From Sphaeroforma arctica JP610 (taxonomy: Eukaryota): a stretch of 41,540 nt of DNA. The translations under genes were made by a program, and so were the position numbers. Under the pieces are notes generated by a model that was given only the letters and a program-made list of their open reading frames with translations, did not search any database and had not been told where the DNA came from. The DNA is taken from NCBI RefSeq assembly GCF_001186125.1, contig NW_014039943.1, positions 6,671 to 48,210 of the forward strand, given 5' to 3'. This document shows positions 21,001-33,428 of the stretch, piece after piece (position 1 is the stretch's first letter; each line of letters opens with the position of its first letter).

Positions 21001-22943
21001 GTCGATGAGAATGAACACGTCCGTCTTGTTCTCCTTGAGCCAGCTGCGGACCTGTGTGGGCGGTAGTGATTGGGGGTTAGGGTTTAGGGTTTAAAGTTAT
21101 AGGGTTGTCAGAGAGGGAGAGAGAGGAGGGGGGGGGTTAGGGTTTTAGAATTTGCGAACTACGGAAGTGAGAGGATGCACCCTTGCGCGAGATGAGCACC
21201 AGATTACATGTGAGTACAGACGTTAAGTACTACCACACAGATAGGACCACATCAGAGGACACCACAATTGAAACCCTGACCACGCAGAGACACAAATACA
21301 CGCATACATGTAACAACACAGGTATATTTATCAATAACCATGTGTATGAACACACAAGTATATAAACCCACATGTTATAAACCCACATGTATATAAAGAC
21401 ACATGTATATAAACGCACATATTATAAACACATCCATATAAGCCTCATATAGCTGAACGATAACCGTACACGCCTGTACAAGTTAAATCTGATCTCTCTA
21501 CGAGCGTGGCACACATTCGTAAACACACGGATCACAACGCGACCACATACCTTGTCCATGTCGTACACGATAGCGTTCTTCTCCATGAACACAGCAAACT
21601 CCTTTGCGGCATCGATGTCGGTCTTTAGTGAGGTGAAGTCTGCGGTTGAGGGTGTGAAGTCACCACCCTTCATGTAGTTGTTAGCCTTCTCTTGGATGAT
21701 GGAGGTCAGATCCACATCTGCTGGCCTGGGAAGTAATAGGGAGGACGGGATAGAACGTTAAATAGACACTCTGAGTATGTCACACGATAGTACCTGCACC
21801 TGTATATTGGCGGTGTGCTTTTGTGCATGTACAAGCATACACCAGGTAGCGTTGGCGGCCTTGCGCGCACACGACACTTGTTGTTTCGGATCGAAGATGT
21901 ACCTACACACACACACATGCAGACGCACAACGATCACATTGGTTCTGGTCTATGATTGTAATACACGAAAGAGCGTACACCACCACATATGTGTCCGTGC
22001 ATATAAAATTACTTGTGTGCCTGTGCATATGAAGTACTTACGTGCCTGTGCATATGTAGTACTTACGTGTCTGTGCATACGAAGTACTTACGTGCCTGTG
22101 CATATGAAGTACTTACGTGTCTGTGCATTTGAAGTACATAACATCTTGTCCGATAGTCAACTGAAGTGTTTCAGGCGTGTGCGTATCGAAATGCCACTGA
22201 GAGAGTGGCAAGTAGAGAGCCATCCAGATATCTTTATATTCTAAGGCGCCCATTTGCTATATATATATATATATATATATACATATCCCATCCACTCCAC
22301 CACATATCCATATTCAATATATCCACTCTCAACACTACTATATATTTATCAATTATATATATGTGTGTAGATATATATATCGTATATATATATACATATA
22401 TATACATACATACATTTATATATGTATATACATGTATATATATATATATATATATTATGACTCACCCTCCATCGGCAGGGTTAAATTTAAGACCGGCGTA
22501 GTCCATAGGGTTGTGTGACGGTGTGAAGTTGAACGAACCAGCTAGCTTACGGTACGGAACCAATGCCGATCCCACACCAGTAGGGCACTCACCTGTACAA
22601 ATGCGAATAAGATAAAACGATGGATAAATACGCTTGTGTACAGATGCGAACAGAAGAATGCACACACGCGTGTCAAATAGTGAATGTGATACTGAACAGC
22701 ACGCGTGTGTACGCGAAGATGTCGGGGAGCGCTGACACGGTGGCGTGGAATGGCGCACTCAAATATACACAAGTCAACAACATTACGCCTCAATGTGCAT
22801 ACGTCCGATTTGTACAGCAACTACGTTACATAAATAAGATTATCGCATGACATTTGTTCCTACTGGTGCATTTGTGTAAATATATAAAAATGATGTGTAA
22901 GGTATGCCCAATGTCGACGCCATGTGCGATACACACATATGAG

Positions 22944-22976
<33 letters not shown>

Positions 22977-23425
22977 GCACGCTTGTACGCACCTGCAAAG
23001 AATATCTTGATACCCTCTGCGGCCAGCTCGCGCATCGCAACGTCCATGAAATCATCACCCATGAAACGATTGTCGCGGAATACGAGGATACCATTGCTCT
23101 TTACCTCCTCGAAGCTTGTGTAGTGATTTTGCTGTTGGGATGCAGTGGTATAGAATATGTGTGTACTGGATAAGTAGGAAATATACAAATATACAGTTAT
23201 ATTATACATAAATACTGATATACCATATAAAAATACAGATATATTGTAAATATGTACAGATGTATTATACATATACCTGTGCCCATTGAGCAAAATACAC
23301 CACTCCACACGAGCATTGACCTGTACTTTAACAGGTATATAGTCATTCGCATATATTTCGATCGAGACAAACGGCTAATCCCTATATGAACATTTATATA
23401 AATGCAGACATATATAAATGCAGAC

Positions 23426-23461
<36 letters not shown>

Positions 23462-24538
23462 TATATGTATATGCATACAGACAGACACAGATATATATAT
23501 ATATATATATATATAATATGCATATATGCATATACGTGTGTATATTCGTATTCGAAAAATTATTCTATGTATTTACAGACGAAATATTTTACATAAATAT
23601 ACTCATGCTGTAGTAGATGTGCACTTTGCCATACGCAACGTAACATAGCTAACAGCTTACCAGCACTACACTCATATAGTTACCTTGAGGAAATCGTCGG
23701 TCTTCATCATCTCGATGATACCACGACATGTCTTGGCAACGTTGAGACATGTGAAGTCCTCACCAATCACACCTCTCCATCCTGACGTTCCAAACACTAC
23801 CATGGTGGTGGCCTGTGTAGTTATGTGAAAAAGGCTAGTATTTGTGCGTGCTGTGTGTACTATCACTCAGTTCGTTGTGTGCTATGCTTGGGCTATGGTT
23901 GTACAGATAGTATGCCGTAGTACATTTGACTGACGACTACTTTAGGATGTGATGAATATGACCTTATGTGGATCATTCATAGTACACACTTTCCTTGGTC
24001 AATTTCCAGGTATTCTTTTACGTAAAATCTGACGGTTATGGCAAATACTGCTGCAATGAACTCATCGGTGTATTTATATGCTCAACGCAACAATGTTTAA
24101 CGACGAAAAATTGACGTGTACCGCTTAAAGTTTTATCCAGATGATGAATAATCTGATGCGCTGTGTAAATCAGGAGCAGAAATAGCATGTGGATATGTGC
24201 GTATGACAACCTTGACAATAATTGCGACCAAAGCAAGAATACTGACAATATGTACAACGAATAAAGCCAGAGGTATAATTCAACGTTGAAGTCGTATAAA
24301 GGTATGCCACAACCCATACCTCAGATGTCTTAGCCTTCTCACCCTGGTGTGCGCGGATGTCGTCAATTATCGCACGGCATGCCTCGCGGGAGTCCTTGCC
24401 GTCATCATTGTAGTAGTTGCCAATGATGTTGGCACATTCCCATAGGTTGCCCTTTTCTAACCACGTCCACGCCTTGTTCTTAAGATCAGTGGGCAGAGTC
24501 TCCTCTATGAAGGACTTGACTTTAGCTTCGATTGCCAT
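18074..24538 (-). CDS. pgm: Phosphoglucomutase/phosphomannomutase (alpha-D-phosphohexomutase superfamily), 601 aa, 11 exons
   Basis: Exons 24538-24320, 23812-23684, 23131-22993, 22592-22466, 21725-21551, 21051-20848, 20256-20063, 19762-19557, 19048-18909, 18687-18539 and 18197-18074 are all GT-AG and phase-compatible (1806 nt). Motifs occur in the expected order: FGTSGWRG, TPSHNP (phospho-Ser), DPDADR (metal loop), VGFK, FEESDG (sugar loop), RASGTEPKFR (phosphate loop). Confidence 0.95.
19420..19545. repeat. Degenerate ~30-bp tandem repeat in pgm intron 8
   Basis: Units such as cttgtatagcgagcacggtacagtaagagca and cttgtatagcgaacacggtacggaaagagac. Confidence 0.6.
20675..20852. repeat. ~30-bp minisatellite (about 6 units) at the 5' end of pgm intron 6
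   Basis: Repeated unit aacccaacacggacacgtacattgtcctta and variants; the terminal unit overlaps the exon-6 donor. Confidence 0.9.
22011..22137. repeat. 25-bp minisatellite, 5 copies, in pgm intron 4
   Basis: Unit acttacgtgcctgtgcatatgaagt repeated with few substitutions. Confidence 0.92.
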
Positions 24539-27500
24539 TGTGTATATAATGTATTCGGGATTGTGCGGTGTGTGTGTGTGTGTGCGAGTGTAAATATGTG
24601 TGTAAGTTAGTGACTGCCGCAGCCGATATTTATTAAACAGACATATATGGTATACGGCATAGCCCTCTAAATTGAACATATACGGGTATGCGTTCAAGAT
24701 TGTTTACCTTTACAATCCCCCAATTTCCGACCACTCAGATAAAAGATAGTTTACGACATTTCAAGCTTATTTACAATTTTTCAAAGGCTGATACCGAATC
24801 CAGGCAATCTGACTGTAAATTTACGACATTTCAAAAGCTGATACCAATTCCAGAAAACCTGACAACTGTGGATAAATAAAATCATAGAACACTAAAAAAC
24901 AGTTGAAGCTACTGAGTCATACACAGCTCCTGCCTAATATGGAAATCGGGCGTCGATTCACTCCCACGAATCACGATTAGTCGATCAGACACAAATTTCA
25001 CAATTTTTTTCCAGGTCGAGTATTGATCAAATGGAGCTGTATCCCAACTATCGCCATCGGTATTCACTGCATATATGATATGCCATGTGGTGCTTCACCG
25101 GACCGCAAGAGTACCTGGCCAACTCTCACATGACGGGTTGTACTTGCAATATTTAACTATGATATCCACTATCCTGTTTGTATGCAACTGTCAATTTGAG
25201 GTTGTTTTTTGAACTAACAAACCTATCAGTGAATCCTGATCGTATTTGATTGTTAGAAATTAATAAACACCGATAAAGTTCTTCGGACGATCACTCGATC
25301 AGCCGTATTTCAACTACCATCTCTCTAAAGAGTAAAGAGAGTAGGGGACCATGGATAAATAACACAAATGCACTCTGCATAGATCGGGCAGTGTTCCGCA
25401 ATTTTTTAAAGCTTTTATTGACATTCGGTCCACAATAGTGTATAGGTAGGGAATATCCCATTCCGACCGCCAAATGTAGCAATAGTTGCTCGTCATAGCG
25501 CCCCGTAGCTACCTTCGAATACATTGGACAATAACGAACTTATGCCACAGCGAGCAATTGTAGCGAGAGCAGTATCGAATGATGCTTTTTTGGATAATAT
25601 CATGGGCTAAGAGCCACGCAGTATTGGAATTGTTTCATCGATCGACTATTGCAAACAATTGCTCTCTCAATATATGACATTTGCTTCGGCCACCGCATCT
25701 GAAGACACATATTGCAAGCGACGATATTTGATGAATGGGTCAATCGAGTTCATTAATTATTGAGACAGTGTCTGAAAGGGCACAAATTCGTACGTCGTCC
25801 CCATTGTCATACTTAGGAAAGAAAACTCACAGAGTGGTATATTTGCATTTTCAGATTCTTGAACAATAAATACTCAGCTTTTATATGCCGCTAAAAATAT
25901 CAATGCGGACTATTTTATAGTTCTCAGGGCACAAGACATGACTCAATTATCGGTACCCGTTACGAAATAGATAACATAGGTCATGAGACCATATCACACC
26001 GTATTGACTAATTTGCGTGTCACGAGCAAAACTTGAGTAATGATGTACATTATAAGTCATCCATTAGTACAACTGTATGAATATAAAGGCCATATAGAAA
26101 GCCTTATGTCCTTATGTGTTGCATATTCCGCCGTGAAGACAAACTAGCGTGTCACGAGAAAAAAATGAGAAATGTACGTTGCTACGGTGCGAGTGACACA
26201 CGTCACACGTTATAAGCATTCATTGGGACAACTGAATAAACATATAAGCATAGCCACATGTGTTGATATATCCTGCCACGAAAACTGAACGAATAGCGTC
26301 TTCGCATTAATTGAGATATGTATATCAAAGCAACAATAGTGCTTTAAAAGGCAACGGCATACGTCATCCATCGCCGATCGTTTCATTGGTATTTAGGCAA
26401 TTCTTAAATAGATGAATAGTATATACTATATAGGGCAAAGGACACGCTGTAGCATGTCTGAATGCTGTAGTATATACTCCACTCACTATACTAGAGTAGA
26501 AAAGAGTCTGTAAAAATAGACGTGTACATATATTTATATATTTATATATCATATATACTCTAATATTATAATATATAGACTACAATATCAATCACTATGT
26601 ACTATGAATCTATTGATACGTATGGAAATATGCCTATGTTGAAGGCGGTGCTGGGTTCCTTCTGCCCATACAATCATATAAACTCCCCACAATCAACACC
26701 ACTCAATACTCAACAGTGCCCAGCCGTGCCGGACAGCCCGGGGGCGGGTTACCCGGGTACATATGTACTAAATACATAGTCGAGACTCATCAGTCGTCAC
26801 TGTTCGAGAGGAGAGAGTGAGACTAAATAGTCACTACATTGTCACTCCACAGTCCACACGATTTATTATTTAGTAGTATGTAGTCTGTCTTTTTTTTAAT
26901 ATTTAGTTAAATAGTATTTAGTCTATAACTCTCTCTCTAGAGCGAGACTCTCTTTCCAGAGCAAAAACATAAATAAATAGTGTTTCGCCTTCTCTCGTAT
27001 CTATGGTTGAGTCCTGAGACTGAGAGGGAGAGAGACACTTTTTCGTCATTCATTACGCGCCAGAATTTGTATGCCCATTTCAGTTTATGTCCCGTTATAC
27101 TCATTCGTGTTCCGGTAATTAAAAATTCGAGTAATCGAGTGCGGTCGCTGCGGTGTCGTTTTTGCTGCCTCTTCCTGTCAGTCGTGTAAACCGTTTCTTG
27201 AAAACAAATACGTTATATCCGACCTGGCAAATATGTTACCACACCTTCAGTAACAATAGAAGAGAATCCCGACGTTACAGAAATAGAAAACGTATTTACA
27301 AATTGTTCCAACGCTTTTAGCCAGAACGTATACTCTAGATGGCGCCCTTTTTTCTACTCCAAAAACCCCGCGCACCACTTTGAGTGGTATAAAGTTTTGA
27401 TATATTAACGTCATAACGTATAAGTTAGGAATGAGATGGAAAGGGACTGACCTATTGTGAATAAACATAGGACAACACAGAAAGGTAGCCGCTCAATATA

Positions 27501-27845
27501 TATTTTATTTTAGACCCCACATATTCCACCTATATAAAGCATACAGGACCAACCCAAATTAAACGTTTAGCGTAAAGTAGAATATTTATATCTGACTTTA
27601 TACGTTATACAATGTAAAACGTAATGAGGTCAGCTTGCCATGGCAGGACGGACTTTTTTTAAATGGCTATAAGACAGTCCAAATTCTTGCATACATACAC
27701 GCGTACATACATCCAGACATACGTACATACATATACATACGCTCACGAAGCCACTCACACCAGCCCGTATACACACGCTTCCGATCCTAACTGCATGAAT
27801 GCACGCACGTGCTATTGCCAATAAACATACTGTACTTATAAGATA

Positions 27846-28521
27846 ATGACGACGCGATTGTGCACACAATCGCGCACTCGAGAGCGTAGGCCTGGGCCAA
27901 AGCTAAGCAGCAAACTGTCTAGTGATTCAGACTCCTCTTCCAGCGGGTCGTCTGAGGATGAGTATCAAGGGCCGCTCTACGAGTGGAACCACAAAGACGC
28001 GCGTGCATTCGTTCCTACTGCAGAAATGGACAAAATGAGAGATGTACTTCAATATCGCACACGGTTTGCACGTGCTTCTGTGTCGGGATATGCTATGGGC
28101 TTGTACGCTGTTCCCGACGCGAACGATCCAGAACTGAGAAATCAGCGTCAGAAACCCACGCCGTTGCCACTGTACTATGTCTCGCCTTCAGCCGTGGAGC
28201 ACCGCAAATCTTTAGGCGTTTCTGATCTCAAAGGTATATGACTACACCAGCGTGTGCGTAATCGCTGGTGTGATATGTTTAAAAGTCTCTGGTGTGATGT
28301 GTTGTATAGTCTCCTGTTTGATGTGTTGAATAGTTTCTTGTGTGGTGTGTTCAATAGACACTATATATATATATATTAATATACATATACATATACATTG
28401 ACATATACATATACATTTTTAAATATGCATATATATATATATATATATATTGATCTATATATGTTATATATATACACGCATACTTATATATATATATATA
28501 TATTTATATATGCACACACAC

Positions 28522-28577
<56 letters not shown>

Positions 28578-31557
28578 ATATTGTAAAATATGTTTACTAT
28601 TTTCTGGTGGGATGTATTATATATATAAGTATATGCATGTATGTATCTATGTCTATATTTATGTATGTATGTATGTATAAATGTATATATTTAGTTGTGT
28701 GATGTGTTTAATAGTTTCTGCTGTAATATGTGTGAATTCTCTGTTGTGATATGCTGAATAGTCACAGGTAGTATCTGTTGAAGTTACTTTAGTGTGATGC
28801 GTTTTATATTCTCTAGTATTTGTCTTTATTCATTTTATTTCGTTTGTCTCTATTCGTTTCAATTCGTTTGTCTTTATTCGTTTTCATTAGTTTTGAAGCA
28901 CATTACATTATACCCACCCATCATGCATCTTCACCACACGCAATTGACATATACATCGCACGCACATGTACATATACATCACAGCAGGCTGGTATGTGAA
29001 GGCGACAGAAGGACAATGCTTCCAGGTGCGTGTGACCCCATTACATGGCGAAGACTCACGCGCTGTCTGTCTGGGGCTGGACAAGCATACGCGGGACACC
29101 TCAGAGATCATCTGCTACCTAAATATCGACGGCAAAGCCTGCAACACCATGGGCGACCTGATCTCGGTCTGTACCGAGTACGACTGTATATATGAGGGCC
29201 GTGTACAGGAACAGAAGGGACGCAAGACCAAGGTCACGCAGTTTAAGTTCCGCAAGATCTCTGACGAGCCGGTGGATAAGCGGGAGAACACCACCCAGGG
29301 CCGGGCCAACTCGGATGGGTGGGGTACTATTATGCTGGAGTTTACACAGGCAAAAAAAGGGAAGGCTCGCCACGTGGCGCCTGGAGCGTACACCCCGGGC
29401 ACATACCGCCGACGTCCCAACGAGGAGAAGTTTATGAAGAAGGGTCTGGCGATGGGCGTGGGCAAGGGTGCGGTGATTGAGCGCGAGGAGAAGTTTGCGG
29501 GGCACGTGTACAACACCAGCCACAAGCACAACCTGCCCGACCAGACGCTGACCATCCACATTCGTGAGCAGTGGTGGATGGTGAACAAGATGATCCTGGA
29601 TGGCAACTACGAGCCCATGACCGCGGAGATTGCGAAGAAGGGCATGAACGCAACGGCCACGAAACCCGGGCTGCTGCAGAAAGATATTCCGAGGGAAAAG
29701 CTGGAGAAGAAGATGGTCAAGGAGCAGATCGTCGATTGCATTGACGTGGACACGGGTGAGGTGCTGAAGGCGTACCGTGCTATCAAGCAGCCCGAGCCTG
29801 TGAAGATTGTGCTGGACGATGACGACGACGGCACACCACAGCGAGACAGCGAGCGTGGGCGTGAAAGTGGGAAGAGTGGTAGTCAGGGATCGCGCAGGCG
29901 TGCTTCGTTGGGTGACGGGGTGCAGACCAAGCCGTGTTTATCTGGGGTGCGTAAGAGAGAGCTGCACGTTACAGACGTGGAGGATGTGTTTATGCGCGAG
30001 GATCTGAACCGACAGACTACCTCACCGGCCCACAGCACAGCCACTACCAGTACCACGACCACCTCCCCACACACGACCAAACGTATGCGGGTCAATGGCA
30101 AGGGGATGTCCCAGCCGCCGCTCATGACTGCGCTGAGTGCGCAAAGCGATGCACACGCACCACACAACAACACGCAACAACCACAGGACGTATATGCACA
30201 ACAAGCGCAAGGGAACGATCAAGCACCGGACAGTGATGCAGACGCGCGCGCACAGGCACTCCATAGTGATCCGTCGGCAAATGTACTGAGCGTTTCGGTT
30301 GAAGATGAACGGGCGGAAGCGTATAATAGGGAGCAGGAACGTTTGCGGTTGCTGTTTGCTGAGTATGGCGTGGATACGGCGCCTCACCAGCGTTTGCACG
30401 TGGAGAACGGGATCAACCACATCGACAACATCCCGTTTTTCATATCGGGACAGGAAGAGCAATATCGCGCCTATCGGGAGTCACTGATGCATGAAGCGCC
30501 CGCTGCGGAGGAGTTTGCAGAAGGGGATGGGTATGCATACGACCAATCTCACGAAGACGGTTTTGTACCGGATAATGCAGACGCTCACGCATACAATGGT
30601 GCACCCGAACAAGGAGACGTGGTCTACGAGCACGCGCACGGCCAGGACAATTCACACACACAGCTACACACCGACGCGCACGGCGTCGCGGTTGAGAAAA
30701 CAGAGGTACAGGTGGTGAGTGCTAAATATGGAGATGGGCACGAGCACCAACAGCCACGCGAGCAAACCAAGGGGGGTGCACATGCGCAACAGGAGGGCCA
30801 CGCTGAAAAGAGCGTGGATGGACACGCTGACGACAGCAACACGCCGAGCGCAGCGCAGACAGCGGAGGTGCAGAGCAGCAGTCCAGTGGCAGCAGAAGCA
30901 CCCACCACCACTACTACTGCTATTGCTACTACCACCACCTCAGATGATGCACAGGCTAATGGGGCTGTCGAGAATGTTGGATTGAGCGGCGATGCCGCAG
31001 AAATGGCAGCGTATGCACAGGCACGCGTGGCTGCAGCGCTGAGAGAGACGCAGGCCCGTGCCAGGATAGCCAATGAACAGGCGAGGATAAGTGCAGAGCC
31101 AAAGCAGCGGGAACGTGATGAGCAAGCACGGACAGAGCAGGATAATAAGGAACGTGACCATGCTGAGCACGTACGGATAGCCGAGGAGGGCAGGGAAGGT
31201 ACAAGTGATGGCGACCCACACGCAGGAGACGCGCCAGCTACGCAAGTCAGCGTGGCGGATGAGCAAGCATCAGGTGAACAGCAGGTGCGTGCAGAGCACA
31301 GCGTGCACATGGACGTGGACGATCCCACGGGTGTGCGTGTGCAGGAAGCTGCGGTGGCTGCGACACGCGGAGAGGTTGCGAGTGGATCGGTGGATGTCTC
31401 GCGAGCGGCTAGTGCGGTTGGGGAGATGCCCCACACCGAGACGGTGCACGTGGGCCCTGGACACCCTCAGCCTGAGATTGTGGTGCAGGAGCAGGAGAGC
31501 GATGAGGATGACGACAGCGACGATAGTATGCCTGTGGCGGCGAAGCCCGACCTTTAA
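27846..31557 (+). CDS. Protein with an N-terminal DUF7918-like beta-rich domain and a long acidic/Ala-rich disordered C-terminus, ~986 aa, 2 exons
   Basis: Exon 27846-28233 (G|gtatat) joins in frame to 28985/28988-31557 (tandem cagcag acceptor). The pattern WYVKATEGQCFQVRV...ICYLNIDGK...IYEG...TQFKFRKI...GWGTIMLEF...EEKFMKKGLAMGV...TLTIHIREQWWMVNKMIL resembles the uncharacterised fungal DUF7918 family (recalled, not searched). Confidence 0.82.
28262..28890. repeat. Intronic repeat complex: ~24-bp units (tggtgtgatatgtttaaaagtctc-like) on both sides of a (TA)n/(TG)n tract, then 3 x 24-bp tttgtctttattcgttt units
   Basis: Read directly at 28262-28360, 28362-28690, 28695-28800 and 28819-28890. 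Confidence 0.8.
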
Positions 31558-32555
31558 GCACAGGCATAGGGCTACACGAGGGAGTGTAAGCGGCACGCTG
31601 TGGCTATGTGTAGCTGAGTAGTGGTGGTAGAGCGCAGATGAGATGCATGGCTGGGCTGTGTTGTGCCTAATTGCGGGGCTGTTGTTAGGCTAGCGCGTCA
31701 TTCGCACGCCATTTCCCACGTGGCACTGATGTTTAGCATGACGGATTGAGCGTGGGTGCGCCGGGAATGAATTCTACAGTTTGGCCCAGAGAGTGCATGT
31801 GCAGCGATTTAAGCGTAGCGTGCCCTGTATTGCCTTCATACTCTACCGTGAGTGGATTGGTGGCATGTGCCGTGTTTTAGCACAGGGGCGTGTTGTTGGG
31901 TTGGCGCGGCAGCGACACTGTGATCTGTGTCCCGAGTGGTCGTAGTCAGCGGAGAATGTATTGTATATCGTTCCAATTGGGGGGTCACTCTCGTGTGGGT
32001 TTATTGTGCATGTGACACAGCAGACTGGTAGGCATGGGCACTACTGTGTAGGGAGATGGATCTGTGTCTGTAGGTGCGTGTAGCTGGTTCTAAGGATCCT
32101 TCCCCATGTCACCTTCTATGCGTGTTAACGCATCGACTTACACAGTCCCGTGGTCCGCGTGTGTGCGTGAGTGCGTATGCAACTCTGGCAGCCCTACAGT
32201 GCGCTTGTATTTGTGCTGGTAGATAGACACGCGTCACTGGTTCTCTGTCGCTTGGCAGGCATGCGGGAGTGGGTAGGTAGAATACATGGATTGCCGTATA
32301 CCTGGAATGAATGATTTGCCCTTTATCGTGGATTAAAGATGGATTCGCACGTGCACAATCTCTGCAGCTGTATAGTATATAGCTCGCACAGAGACGAGAA
32401 CGACGTTGTAGTGTGGTGCACTATGCTTTTCATGCGTAATTGACTTCCACGCACCCGTTAGTGAGTCTGGGGGTCTCGTTGTAGCTCGACATATCCCGAA
32501 CTGTTCACGAGAAACGAATGCACGGACCGTGTGCGGAAGCGCGCATAGACATCAT

Positions 32556-33145
32556 TTCAACCAAATATCAAGTGAGGAATAATATCCAGATATAGGGTGC
32601 ATGTGAGAATGTATACCTATGGCGATGGAAGACGTAACTCTAACAACTATCGTCGCCAAATAGCAAGTAAGGCATTGTATCCAAATGCAGACTGCACGTG
32701 AAAATGCCCCTACTGCAATGGAAGTCCGTAACCCTAACAACCATCATCACCAAATAGCAAGTAAGGCATTGTATCCAAATGTAGGCTGCACGTGAGAATG
32801 CCCCTACTGCAATGGAAGTCAATAACCCTTACAACCACTATCACCAAATAACAAATAAAGCTTTGTAGTTAAATAAAGGGTTCACGTGAGAATGTACCTA
32901 CTACTGCAATGGAAGTCTGTAACCCTTACAACCATCATCACCAAATCACAATTAGGGCATTGTAGTTAAATAAAGGGTGCACGAGAATATACCTACTGCA
33001 ATGGAAGTCCATAACCTTAGCAACCATCGTCACCAAATAACAAGTAAGGCATTGTAGTTAATTAAAGGGTGCACGTGAGAATGCCCCTACTGCAATGTAA
33101 GTCCATGACCCTAACAACCATCATCACCAAATATCAAGTGAGGAA
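32556..33145. repeat. ~94-bp tandem repeat array, 6 units plus a partial unit
   Basis: The anchor ccaaat recurs at 32561, 32656, 32750, 32844, 32941, 33033 and 33127 (spacings 95, 94, 94, 97, 92, 94). The whole unit is conserved, e.g. aaccctaacaaccatcatcaccaaatagcaagtaaggcattgtatccaaatgtaggctgcacgtgagaatgcccctactgcaatggaagtc. Confidence 0.93.
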
Positions 33146-33428
33146 CTGTTGCACAAATACACTGGATGGCACATTTTACCTAACCATTGAAGAAATTTCG
33201 AATATATGTCACTTTAATACGCACGCGATGTATGATATTAAAGATGATCGTGAGCAACAATACGACTATGTTCAGAAGCGGTTTTTATTCAGTTTTCGCG
33301 TTGAATTGCCAATCAGCCCGTAGGAACATTGTACAAAGTGAATATTTCTTTATTGTATCTAATTTCCTATACATTACAATACTATAGGCAGCAGGCGCTT
33401 CTGTATGTATTGCCACTATAGCCTGAAC

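Noticed and set aside
25291..25810. Possible gene remnant upstream of pgm
   Set aside because: The frames I translated are short or stop-interrupted, with no motif and no consistent splice structure.
29115..31621. Antisense/overlapping ORFs in the 863-aa exon
   Set aside because: Same shadow effect as above.
32556..33145. CRISPR array
   Set aside because: Whole units are homologous with no unique spacers, no cas genes are present, and the context is eukaryotic.
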